Assembly (NCBI GenBank): GCA_041740355.1
Contig: JBGSMD010000020.1
Span: forward strand, 1-64,000
Source of the DNA: Bdellovibrionota bacterium
GTDB taxonomy: Bacteria > Bdellovibrionota_C > UBA2361 > CALJRW01
Reading direction: 5' to 3'
DNA: 64,000 nucleotides
Shown: one piece after another, positions 10,565 through 19,869 of the stretch
How the letters are laid out: every line of letters starts with the position of its first letter
Position numbering within the stretch: position 1 is the stretch's first letter
The notes under the pieces: model-generated
Told to the model about the DNA's origin: nothing
The model's database searches: none
The model's input: the letters and a program-made list of their open reading frames with translations, nothing else
Program-made: the position numbers and the translations under genes

Positions 10565-11802
10565 ATAATTCTAATTAAAATTAGTCCTGGAATCCCAGCT
10601 AAAGTACAAATTGTAAAGAACCATGTCCAACCAACATCATTGGCTAAGAATCCACTAGTTCCCGAAAGTAAACTTAGTGGCACAGCCATTAAACTCGTCA
10701 TCAGAGCATATTGCGTTGCCGTGTAGGCGCGATTTGTAAGACTTGCCATATATGCTAAGAATGCGGCTGTTCCCATCCCGCCACTAGTATTTTCAAAACT
10801 AATTACGGCAGCAAAGAGTTGTAAATTATGTCCGTAAATACTTAGCAAAACAAAACCGCCAGTCGAAACCATTTGTAAGATTCCAAAATACCAAAGCGAT
10901 TTAGTAATCCCCCATCTAACTATTAAAGCACTACCCAGAAGCAATCCTAAAAACTGAGTAAAAAATCCAAAAGTTCCGTCGATTGAGGCAATTTCATCTT
11001 TTTGAAAACCAAGATCAATATAAAAAGGAGAAGTTAAAACACTGGCGTAACTATCTCCTAGTTTAAAAAACAGGATAAATAATAAAGTTAACACGGCACG
11101 TTTGGCACCGATCCGTAAAAAGAAATCTTGCAGGGGTAGAATGAAAGCTCCGGCAAAATTTGCTGGTCGTTGATCAATCTCCACCACTGGTTCTTTGGCA
11201 TGCCAAGTAGTAATCAAATTTAAGGCCATTAACCCCGCCATGGTTAAATATGCTGCCTTCCAAGAATAGTAAGTAGCTATGTAAAGTGGTACTACTCGGG
11301 CAATCCAAAGGGCAATCCGATAACCATAAACATAAAGTGATGAGCCAAAGGCTAACTCTTTATCAGTCAATGTTTCCCGTCGATATGCATCTACGGCAAT
11401 ATCCTGCGTGGCACTAAAAAAACAAATAAAGAAGGCAACAAAAGCAATTAGATTTAAATCTGTTGCCGGTTGTAAGAAACTTATGGCGGCAAGCGCTAAG
11501 ACCAACATCACTTGGCTTAAAATTAGCCAGCTAGTCCTTCGTCCTAAAATTGACAAACTAAAATGATCTAAATAAGGAGCCCAAAGGAATTTTAATGTGT
11601 AGGGAATTCCAGCCAAACTTATTAAACCAATACTTTCCAAATCTACACCAGATTCTCGAAGCCATGTTTTTAAAGTACTTTTTGTTAATAATAATGGAAG
11701 CCCTGAAGCAAGGCCCATCAAAGTTGCAATCAGTAAAGGTTGATTGGAAATAGTTGTCAGAAGAATTTTTTTGAAGCTTTTACTAGATTTTTGTTGGGGC
11801 AT
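10549..11802 (-). CDS. ampG: AmpG muropeptide MFS transporter
   Basis: GLASGLPLLL, PYTLKFLWAP, GRRTSW, SATQDIAVDAYR and ATQYAL motifs. Confidence 0.92.
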   Translation of the reverse strand: MPQQKSSKSFKKILLTTISNQPLLIATLMGLASGLPLLLTKSTLKTWLRESGVDLESIGLISLAGIPYTLKFLWAPYLDHFSLSILGRRTSWLILSQVMLVLALAAISFLQPATDLNLIAFVAFFICFFSATQDIAVDAYRRETLTDKELAFGSSLYVYGYRIALWIARVVPLYIATYYSWKAAYLTMAGLMALNLITTWHAKEPVVEIDQRPANFAGAFILPLQDFFLRIGAKRAVLTLLFILFFKLGDSYASVLTSPFYIDLGFQKDEIASIDGTFGFFTQFLGLLLGSALIVRWGITKSLWYFGILQMVSTGGFVLLSIYGHNLQLFAAVISFENTSGGMGTAAFLAYMASLTNRAYTATQYALMTSLMAVPLSLLSGTSGFLANDVGWTWFFTICTLAGIPGLILIRIITLRI

Positions 11803-11852
11803 GGTTGTCAGGTTAAGTAGATGCTAGTCAAAAAAGCAAAAGCTATTAAGTA

Positions 11853-13301
11853 TTACTCCGTCACTTCAGTTAGCCCAGAACGTAACATTTGTATTTCTGT
11901 TATTAGCTGTTTGACTGTCGGAACTTCATAGGTTCTTAGATCAGGGTGAACAGGTGGGATACTATACCCTTGTCGCTCCGAACGCCATAAGCCGAAATAC
12001 TTTCCTCCTCGGGAGTCTGCTGTAATCATGCGATCTTCTAAATCATCAATTAAAATCTTATCGTTTGCAGTTGGTTCAGTTGCAAAGCGATACCCTTTAC
12101 CATCATTGGTAAAGCCTGTACCAGAAGCAATTTGAAAGACTCCTTCTGGATCGTGAATTTCAATTGCATCCCCATCAGTTGCTGTATCATTTCCTGGGTA
12201 ACATCCAGGGCAAGGATTGCGGATGTACTGAACTCGATCGCCTAAAATATCGCGAGCAATATTCCGCATGGCAACATAAGAATCTTTTTGTAAATTATCT
12301 TCCAACATTACTATCGCAATATTTTTATTTGCCAAACTAAGTGCAGAATTATAGGCAAAGATTGATTCTGCATCTCGCACTATTGCCTGAAATTCATTCT
12401 TCGCTCGTTCTTCAGTTTGAATTAAATCTCGAAAAACTTTGGGCTCAATCCCATTAAAACCAGCAAGGATATCAGTTTGATTCCAGCGTCGCATCGTAGA
12501 CCCATTACTTAAATAGAGTGCTAAAGTTAAGCTCTCACAGTTATCACTAAGTTTCTTAATATTATTTTTTAGATATTCAAAATCTTTATTAAAAGTACCA
12601 TCAATTAAAACAGACAAATAAAGATTTTGAATTCCCGAAACAACCAAAGCTTCGATTTGGGCATCTACTGTTTCTCGTGCTTTAGGATGCATCAGATAAA
12701 GCATCACATAACCTCTAGGCTGGCCAGTCAGGAGCGGAAGTTCTTGGAAAGCTTCAGCTGTAGTTTGCTGATCTTCAGAATCATCCGTGACCGGAATTGC
12801 CTCACTAGCCGTTCTATTATGTACCCCTCCAATCAAACCAGAGTTATTATTAGGTGTCCCACTGTTGTTAAGAGCTTCCTGCTCTGCTGGCGTTAACTCA
12901 AAATAATCATTGCTGGAGTTATTTGAAGGTTCGCTAGCAGCATTATTTAAATTAGTTAAGTCAGGATCTGTCGGCTCATTTGGAGGAGAAAGGTCCAAAT
13001 TTGTACCGGAAGTTGCTTGTTTTAACTCAGCATCGGAAGTTAGTTCTTGCTGTAAATTAGCCAAGGCCTCATTAAACTCACTATCAGACTCTAAAATCTT
13101 TTGGTATTCTGCTTGATCCTCTAATGATTTTTTAGCAAGTTCCTGGGGGCTTAGAAGTTCATGCTCAATTTGCTTTGGTTCATAACTACTTGATTTTTGG
13201 AATGTTTTCTTTAAGGATGAGTTTACCGGCTCCTGTTTTAAGGAGAAATAGGCCAGAATGGAGATAAAAAAGAAAATTGTGATTAGAATTCCGCGAGTCA
13301 T
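11853..13301 (-). CDS. Hypothetical membrane-anchored protein with acidic linker and C-terminal globular domain
   Basis: N-terminal hydrophobic anchor, low-complexity N/S/E/P linker, then alpha/beta domain with RNPCPGC; no family recognised. Confidence 0.6.
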   Translation of the reverse strand: MTRGILITIFFFISILAYFSLKQEPVNSSLKKTFQKSSSYEPKQIEHELLSPQELAKKSLEDQAEYQKILESDSEFNEALANLQQELTSDAELKQATSGTNLDLSPPNEPTDPDLTNLNNAASEPSNNSSNDYFELTPAEQEALNNSGTPNNNSGLIGGVHNRTASEAIPVTDDSEDQQTTAEAFQELPLLTGQPRGYVMLYLMHPKARETVDAQIEALVVSGIQNLYLSVLIDGTFNKDFEYLKNNIKKLSDNCESLTLALYLSNGSTMRRWNQTDILAGFNGIEPKVFRDLIQTEERAKNEFQAIVRDAESIFAYNSALSLANKNIAIVMLEDNLQKDSYVAMRNIARDILGDRVQYIRNPCPGCYPGNDTATDGDAIEIHDPEGVFQIASGTGFTNDGKGYRFATEPTANDKILIDDLEDRMITADSRGGKYFGLWRSERQGYSIPPVHPDLRTYEVPTVKQLITEIQMLRSGLTEVTE

Positions 13302-13461
13302 TTGCCAAGATTATAAGTCATCTGCTTTCTTAGGGAAACCAAATATATTAGCTTAATTCTTAAAAGTAATTAGTTTTTGAGAAATTACTTTTTTATACAT
13401 TAAGATATTTAGAAGCAATAAATTAGTAACAGATGATAGGTTTTTATATAGAACTCAAGAT

Positions 13462-15117
13462 ATGGCATTAAATCTATTCTCACAATCAGGAACAAGTACC
13501 GCACAAGCCCCTCAAGCTAGTAGTCAAAATAACCCTATTGAAGGATCATTAAGTGGTCGGCAAGAAGCTCTTAAATCCACAAAATCACCTGTTGGTAATG
13601 AGCAACAACTTATAGCTAAGGCTAAAGAGAATATCTCCGACTTCTTGCTTGAACAAAAAAATCATAAAAATCTGACGACAGAACAAATTAAGGGATACCA
13701 TGAGATCCTAGCTTCTCCAGAATTTAAAACAGCTTTAAATGCAGTTGACTCTAAAGGACAAACTTTAGCTCTAACTCTAAATAAATTCATCACTAGCAAT
13801 TTAGATCGTGGTTTAGTAAATGCCTTTGATAAATCAGAGACTGCACTCAAAGCGGAATTACTAACGAGTATTCTAGATAAAGTTAAAACTCATGGGTTCA
13901 CTAACCAAGGTACAAAAAACACTTGCCTGATAGCAGCAGTTGAAAGCCAAGCCTTTAATGAAAATCCAGCTGAAGTCAGTCGAATGGTAATTGAGCTTGC
14001 TACTAAGGGAAGATATGAACTTCAACAGGGTAATCAAAAATTACAATTTAACTTGCCAGTGGAGCACTTAGGACAAGATGAAAAACATCCCAGATTTCAT
14101 GCTCGTAATGTTTTTGAGCAAGTTTTTCAAGAATCATCCGCGGTTACTATGCTTAAAGCAGTTGGTGGTGATGTTTCCAGCTATGACTCTCGCAATACGG
14201 GTTGGTCGCTACAAAATTCTTCTGGCGAATATGTTGATCTTCACGGAAAGTTTGCTGTCCAGGGAGAACTCCTACATTCGATGCTTACTGGTAAAGGCAA
14301 CGCCATACTAGATCGCGATTCAGATCTGAACAAACTGCAAAGTGCTACTTTAGCTACTTTAGAAAAACTTCAGGCTGGAAATAATTTATCTTATGACCCT
14401 GCTAGTAAGACTCTGAGCGGTTGTGACTTCAAAGAGGGAATAATTGTCCACATGCGCTGGGCACCTGATGGTGGAAGTCATGCCAAGCATTGTATTAAAG
14501 CAATGGGAGTTTATACCGACCCACAAGGAGAGAAATTTGTAATACTAGGTAACTCACATTATGAACAAGGATTTAAACCTGATAGTGTTTTTGAAATAAA
14601 TCGTAAATCTCCTCCTCATGAAAGATTAGAGATGATGCCACTTGCAGATTTTCAAAGGAGATTAGAAGAGGCTCATATCCCTGATGGTTCAAATCCAATT
14701 AGCATAGCTAGCGTGCGAAATGCAGTTCATAATGCCGTTGATAATTGTGAAAATGGAAGCTATTACATTCAGAATAATGCCGTAATGTTAACTGTCCCAG
14801 TTAATCACCAAAGCAAATCAACACTGGACATGTCCGATGTAAAGTATCGTACAGCTGGTGAAATTGGAACCGAGGCACACAGCAAAGCAACTATTATTCA
14901 ACAAGAAGCAGAAGCAGCTGATGTAGTTAAACTAAAACTTGGTGGGCTAAGTTTACAACAAATTCACCAGTTAGAAAAAAATGCTCGCAAAGGACAGGCA
15001 GCTTGGCAAGAAGAGGTAGACCTTGGTGGAAGTGTTACTAGAATTAAGAATTCAGTAATGTTTGGTCATAATGATGATGACAATTTCTTGTTTATTAAAA
15101 ACACCAAGAAACCTTAA
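13462..15117 (+). CDS. Orphan protein with candidate papain-like cysteine peptidase triad
   Basis: QGTKNTC (Gln/Cys), KHCIKAMG (His) and VILGNSH (Asn) occur in papain-fold order; S/T/Q-rich N-terminus without a Sec signal. Confidence 0.5.
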   Translation: MALNLFSQSGTSTAQAPQASSQNNPIEGSLSGRQEALKSTKSPVGNEQQLIAKAKENISDFLLEQKNHKNLTTEQIKGYHEILASPEFKTALNAVDSKGQTLALTLNKFITSNLDRGLVNAFDKSETALKAELLTSILDKVKTHGFTNQGTKNTCLIAAVESQAFNENPAEVSRMVIELATKGRYELQQGNQKLQFNLPVEHLGQDEKHPRFHARNVFEQVFQESSAVTMLKAVGGDVSSYDSRNTGWSLQNSSGEYVDLHGKFAVQGELLHSMLTGKGNAILDRDSDLNKLQSATLATLEKLQAGNNLSYDPASKTLSGCDFKEGIIVHMRWAPDGGSHAKHCIKAMGVYTDPQGEKFVILGNSHYEQGFKPDSVFEINRKSPPHERLEMMPLADFQRRLEEAHIPDGSNPISIASVRNAVHNAVDNCENGSYYIQNNAVMLTVPVNHQSKSTLDMSDVKYRTAGEIGTEAHSKATIIQQEAEAADVVKLKLGGLSLQQIHQLEKNARKGQAAWQEEVDLGGSVTRIKNSVMFGHNDDDNFLFIKNTKKP

Positions 15118-15178
15118 ATGTTTTCTGAGTCTAAAGATCAAATAAAACTCATTAATCTTTTTTTTAAAACTTTAGAAA

Positions 15179-15652
15179 TTATTTGATGCCAATTGTTTTT
15201 ATAAAAACTTCACAACTGCGCTCGACAATATCATAAACTTCTTGAAACGAATCGCCCGTTAATCCGTATGGATCAGGCACATTTAAATCCTTGGAAATTA
15301 GCGGATCAAATTCTCGTAAGAGCTGCAATTTTCCACGAACATCTCCAAGCTTTTGAATATTCTTCAAATTATGTTGATCCATCGCTAAGATGTAATCGAA
15401 TTTTTCTAGATCTGAAACTGCCAGTTGTCGCGCTCGTTGTTCTGTTAAATCAATCCCATGTTTTGCTGCTACTTTAATACTTCCTGGATCTGGCAAACCA
15501 CCCACATGCCAACTTCCAGTTCCACAAGATTCAATTTCAAAGTTTTCAGCATGCCCAGCATCAGCTACTAATTTTTTTAAAATACCTTCTCCCAGTGGAG
15601 AGCGACAAATATTCCCTAGACAAACAAATAGTACTTTAGTTTTTTTAGTCAT
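15179..15652 (-). CDS. Low molecular weight protein-tyrosine phosphatase
   Basis: VCLGNICRS P-loop and DPY motif; start placed at MTKKTK (15652) rather than 15691. Confidence 0.93.
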   Translation of the reverse strand: MTKKTKVLFVCLGNICRSPLGEGILKKLVADAGHAENFEIESCGTGSWHVGGLPDPGSIKVAAKHGIDLTEQRARQLAVSDLEKFDYILAMDQHNLKNIQKLGDVRGKLQLLREFDPLISKDLNVPDPYGLTGDSFQEVYDIVERSCEVFIKTIGIK

Positions 15653-16400
15653 TGAATAAACTCTCCGAGCAGTTCTTAATGTCATTTTCAACTTTCTCTA
15701 GAATTCTCTTCAAGTCTTGGGTGCGTTCTACAATAATTGGGTCCAAGGCTTTTAGGCTTACAGGAATGTTTGCTGGCACTGGAAGCATCTTGTCCTTTGC
15801 AATTAAATACGAACCATTTATTGCTACTGGAAAAATCATTACTTGTCCCAACTCTTCAACTAAGGTCTGAATACCACCGGTTTTAAATTTCTTCATTACG
15901 CCATCACGTGCCCGCGTGCCTTCAGGGAAAATTACTAAAATTAGATTATCTGATTTTAATCTCACAGAATACTCTTTAATTGCAGCTAGTGCCTGACCAC
16001 GATCTCCCCGGTCAATTAAACAATGTGGCACTTTGCGGAGGGCGATCGAAACATAGGGTAAAAACTTAGCTAGTTCTCTTTTGGCGATAAAGCGTACTTG
16101 ATTTGGCTCAAAAACAACATTTAACATCGCTAAGTCCATTAAAGACTGGTGATTAGCAACGATAATTTTGGGTAAGTTTGATTTTGCCTGTTGTAATACT
16201 GCTGCCCCAACTTGAAAGTCAAAAGTAATTCCACAAAATGTACTTAAAAATTTTAGAACTGTTCGATTTAAAAAAACATTTACTTTTCGATGTAGTTCTT
16301 GCGACCAGAAGCATCGTAAAATCAGATCACTTAACAACATTAAGGTAGCAAAGCAGATTAAAAAAGGAATTGTTCTGATCCAAGATGAAATTTTGTTCAT
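15645..16400 (-). CDS. plsC: 1-acyl-sn-glycerol-3-phosphate acyltransferase
   Basis: NHQSLMD (HX4D), FIAKRE and FPEGTR motifs; ATG at 16400 preferred. Confidence 0.88.
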   Translation of the reverse strand: MNKISSWIRTIPFLICFATLMLLSDLILRCFWSQELHRKVNVFLNRTVLKFLSTFCGITFDFQVGAAVLQQAKSNLPKIIVANHQSLMDLAMLNVVFEPNQVRFIAKRELAKFLPYVSIALRKVPHCLIDRGDRGQALAAIKEYSVRLKSDNLILVIFPEGTRARDGVMKKFKTGGIQTLVEELGQVMIFPVAINGSYLIAKDKMLPVPANIPVSLKALDPIIVERTQDLKRILEKVENDIKNCSESLFND

Positions 16401-16444
16401 AAAGCGAATATTATCTAAGTGAAGTATAGTGTCTGGCAACTAAA

Positions 16445-16515
16445 TTCTCCCCTTTTGGGACGCTCAACACTACGACAGACAATAATACTATCTGGTGCGT
16501 CACAAAAGGGGAGAA
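16445..16515. repeat. Long imperfect inverted repeat
   Basis: ttctccccttttg-g-gacgc ... gcgtc-a-caaaaggggagaa; an extra ggggagaatt at 16521-16530. Confidence 0.7.
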
Positions 16516-16528
16516 CAAGAGGGGAGAA

Positions 16529-17170
16529 TTAAATTTTTGTTAAATTACTTGGTGACGTATTCCAAGTATTTAATTGAAATTTGCCTCCCACTTCTTCTAA
16601 CACGGAAAGATGTCCGGTCTTAATTTTGAAATCATTAATACTAATCCGATTTTCAAACTCACCAGGAATTAATTTAAGAAAATAACGCAGCAGCCCATTA
16701 CTACTAACAATTAAAATTCGATCCTGGTCACTGTGTTTTTGCTTAAGTTCAGCCACAAAATTTTTAACAATATTAATTGTGCCAACCTCGGTGCCCATAA
16801 AAAATGTATCAGACCAAATACTTTGATCATTCCATTTATATAAATCCTGTTCTCCAAAACTATCAATAATTTCCTCTGAGGTCATCCCCCCCCAAAGTCC
16901 ATAATCAAGCTCGTTTAAACGAGAATCAATAATGATCTCTGCTGTGAAATTAATTTTACTAGCAACAATTTCAGCAAATTCTTTAGTACGTTGCAATGGC
17001 CCACAGTAAATATGAGTTGGAAGTTTTGCTAATTCTAAAAAACAGTTTGCGACCATTTCCGCTTGTTCTTTACCAAAACTGACTAGCGGTAAGTCTTGAT
17101 CACAGCCCGCCCAGACGACATCATCTCTAGGTCCGAAAGTGTTACCGTGTCTTGCTAAGATTAATTTCAT
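16529..17170 (-). CDS. Histidine phosphatase (phosphoglycerate mutase-like) family protein
   Basis: LILARHGNT, LQRTKE and LNELDYGLWGG motifs; ATGA overlap with kdsB. Confidence 0.88.
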   Translation of the reverse strand: MKLILARHGNTFGPRDDVVWAGCDQDLPLVSFGKEQAEMVANCFLELAKLPTHIYCGPLQRTKEFAEIVASKINFTAEIIIDSRLNELDYGLWGGMTSEEIIDSFGEQDLYKWNDQSIWSDTFFMGTEVGTINIVKNFVAELKQKHSDQDRILIVSSNGLLRYFLKLIPGEFENRISINDFKIKTGHLSVLEEVGGKFQLNTWNTSPSNLTKI

Positions 17171-17952
17171 ACTAGCTCGCCTTCTATTGCAATTAATTTT
17201 TCAGCAATAATTAAATCTTCGGGGGAATCAATTGATGCCATTGTGCGACCTTTTAAATCAACTGGTACTGTTAAGATTTCAATTCCATTTTCCAACATTC
17301 GTAGTTGCTCCAATTGCTCAATCTGCTCTAAGGATGATTCGGTTAGTGCCAGATATTTCTTTAAAGTATCAAAGCGGTAAGCATAGATACCTAAATGACG
17401 ATCGGCATATTTTTGATCATGATTCTTGCGAAAATAAGGAATAATTGCATTTGAGAAGTATAATGCCCGATGTTTGGCATCACTAACAACAAAAGTTCCT
17501 GAAGAACTACCAGCTAAACGCATTAGCTGAAACTCCTCATAAGCCGTATTTTCAATCCGGACTTTAGGAGTGGCACAGCCATATTCTGGTTGCTCCGCTA
17601 AAGCCGTTAAAAGGTCTTGAATAATCCAAGGAGGTGTTAACACAGCATCCCCTTGGAAATTTACAATTACGTCTGGTTGAAAATCTAATTGTTGTAAAGC
17701 ATCCCATACTCGTTCACTCCCATTTCGACAATCAGGGGAAGTCATAATAACTTGAGCAGAAAAGGATTTTGCAGCGTGCTCAATCTCCTGACTATCTGTC
17801 GCGATAAAAACCTGTTGCGGACTGAGCGCTAGACATGCCAGTTCCCAAACTCGCTGGATCATCATTTTACCAGAAATCATTTTTAGTGGTTTTCCAGGAA
17901 ACCTAGTCGAGGCAAATCTGGCCGGAATTACAATGATGGAATTTTTATTCAT
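17167..17952 (-). CDS. kdsB: 3-deoxy-manno-octulosonate cytidylyltransferase (CMP-Kdo synthetase)
   Basis: IPARFASTRFPGKPL, VNFQGD, HLGIYAY and LEQLRMLENG motifs. Confidence 0.93.
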   Translation of the reverse strand: MNKNSIIVIPARFASTRFPGKPLKMISGKMMIQRVWELACLALSPQQVFIATDSQEIEHAAKSFSAQVIMTSPDCRNGSERVWDALQQLDFQPDVIVNFQGDAVLTPPWIIQDLLTALAEQPEYGCATPKVRIENTAYEEFQLMRLAGSSSGTFVVSDAKHRALYFSNAIIPYFRKNHDQKYADRHLGIYAYRFDTLKKYLALTESSLEQIEQLEQLRMLENGIEILTVPVDLKGRTMASIDSPEDLIIAEKLIAIEGELV

Positions 17953-18088
17953 ATCTGATGCAAATTATAAAGTTTTACCATACTTGCAATCTGTAAGCGT
18001 TTTGAGTTTAAGCGGAGGTCGAAATAAAAAAATTAGTACTATGGCAGAGGTACTTGGAATCTCTCCAGTACTTTAGTAGTTTTTTTAT

Positions 18089-19612
18089 CTAGAGATCTGC
18101 CAAAGACTGCGCGTTTACAAGGCAATCTTCCACAACTTCAAATAATAAATCCACCTCCGCCGGAGTTATTTTAAACCAAGGTGTAAAACGTAAGCGATTT
18201 CCAGAACTATGAATCACATTTACTCCTTGCAAACGAATCTGTCGCTCAATACCATTTAGGCCTTCGATCGGAATTTGATCAATTAATTGCAAAGAAAATA
18301 ATAATCCTGTTCCTAAAATCTCCTTAACTTCCTTGGGGAATTTTTCTTTAAGTGCTTGAAGCTTTTGCAAAGCATAAGCACCTTGATCTTTAATGTTCTG
18401 AGTAACCTCCGAAGTGTGATAAGTTAGTATTGTGTTGGCAATATCTAATGCTCTTGGATTGGTCGTCATGGTATTTCCATAAGTACCTTTCTTATATGCT
18501 GAAATTGCTCGGGAACTAAGTGCCACTACTGATAAGGGATACTGTCCGGCATTAACCGCTTTAGAATAAGTTTCCAAATCTGGCGCGGCAGAGTCTTGAA
18601 AGCCTGGGTAATCTAAAATACTTAAATATCCATGACAACGAAGTCCGGCCTGGATTGAATCAACCACTAACATTCCACCATGCTGAGAGGTTAAGCGTCT
18701 TGCTTCATTATAAAATTCAGGCGTAATCGCAAAGCCCGCACGCCCCTCACCCATTACTGGCTCAATTAACATTGCTTCAAAAAAAACTCCGTCCTTTTCT
18801 GCTTGTTCAAAAGCAGCGCGAAGCTCGTCAATATTATTTGGCTCTACCGTTACCAAACAATGATTATCCTTAAATGATGCTAGCACTTGATAGGTCTGCC
18901 AAGTTGAATCGGAAGCTAGAGCTTCGCGTTGAGTTCTTCCATGAAAACTTCCTGCTAAAGTCAAAAATTTTATTTTTTTACCTTGATGCTTACCCCCGGC
19001 CTGAGTCATCACTAAAGCATTGGCATCACTAATTCGCGTAGCCACTGCTACTGCTTCAGTACCAGAATTTACAAACATAAATTTGTCGTAGGGACATTTG
19101 CCCTGACGAATATTCTGCTTTAGTGTCTGACAAGTTCGGCGTTGGCTAAAACAAACAGTTTTCACGTTAGCCATCACTTGCTCTTCGCAAAGACTTTGCT
19201 TTAAAAAAGCTGGGTTATGCCCGTACCCTAACATGCCGTAAGCGCCAACGTCATAGATAACTCCCCCATGAAATGTTACGATCCAAGGACCCATTGCCGT
19301 TAGTGGCACAAATGGTGGGATCCCATCAGCCGAATAAAAATTAAGAATATCTTGGTGTAGTTCTTGAATTAAATCTGCTGTGGATAAATTAACTGCCTCA
19401 GGAAATTCCTTCGTTATTTCCGAGAAACGCATTCCAGCCTGATAGACTGCCATTTGAAGGTTTTGATCCTCGGCCAAAAACTTTAGTATTTTTTGATCAT
19501 CTAAAGTTGATTCCGGTTGAAATTTATTTTGAGAACGAATTTGGTTAAGGATTCTCCAGAAATCTTCTCTCGCCAACTGATTTAAATTAATGGTATTCTG
19601 TTTACACTTCAT
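18089..19612 (-). CDS. Class III PLP aminotransferase, probably L-lysine 6-aminotransferase-like
   Basis: NSGTEA, SFHGRT, IEPVMGEG, DSIQAG and TYSK(PLP lysine); GPWIVT..G...YD.GAYGMLGYGH segment recalls the long LAT subfamily. Confidence 0.8.
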   Translation of the reverse strand: MKCKQNTINLNQLAREDFWRILNQIRSQNKFQPESTLDDQKILKFLAEDQNLQMAVYQAGMRFSEITKEFPEAVNLSTADLIQELHQDILNFYSADGIPPFVPLTAMGPWIVTFHGGVIYDVGAYGMLGYGHNPAFLKQSLCEEQVMANVKTVCFSQRRTCQTLKQNIRQGKCPYDKFMFVNSGTEAVAVATRISDANALVMTQAGGKHQGKKIKFLTLAGSFHGRTQREALASDSTWQTYQVLASFKDNHCLVTVEPNNIDELRAAFEQAEKDGVFFEAMLIEPVMGEGRAGFAITPEFYNEARRLTSQHGGMLVVDSIQAGLRCHGYLSILDYPGFQDSAAPDLETYSKAVNAGQYPLSVVALSSRAISAYKKGTYGNTMTTNPRALDIANTILTYHTSEVTQNIKDQGAYALQKLQALKEKFPKEVKEILGTGLLFSLQLIDQIPIEGLNGIERQIRLQGVNVIHSSGNRLRFTPWFKITPAEVDLLFEVVEDCLVNAQSLADL

Positions 19613-19618
19613 AATGAT

Positions 19619-19818
19619 GTAACCCTTTACATAGTCTGTAAAGTTTTAAAAGATTAAATCCCTTTCAAGGGGTCAATTTACGTAGTAAATTGGGGGTGGA
19701 GACATTAGCCGTTCACACTGTTGGACAAAATCGATCAGATTTTGACCAAGGAACAAATTAGTTTTTGCTCCTTAAAAGCTTTGACAACGTACTTTTGTAT
19801 TCCCCGTGAACGGATACA
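19619..19818 (+). repeat. Structured repeat family B, copy 1 (200 bp)
   Basis: Direct repeat of 22116-22315; internal hairpins and long-range ccgttcac/gtgaacgg pairing. Confidence 0.88.
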
Positions 19819-19869
19819 TATTTAAAGACTAACAAATTTCCCAATTAATCTCTACACCCATAAGTCATC

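Noticed and set aside
17167-19612. Aminotransferase plus kdsB as an 8-amino-Kdo pathway
   Set aside because: KdnA is a DegT-family enzyme that needs the KdnB dehydrogenase; this protein is class III (LAT-like) and is separated from kdsB by a 136-bp gap.
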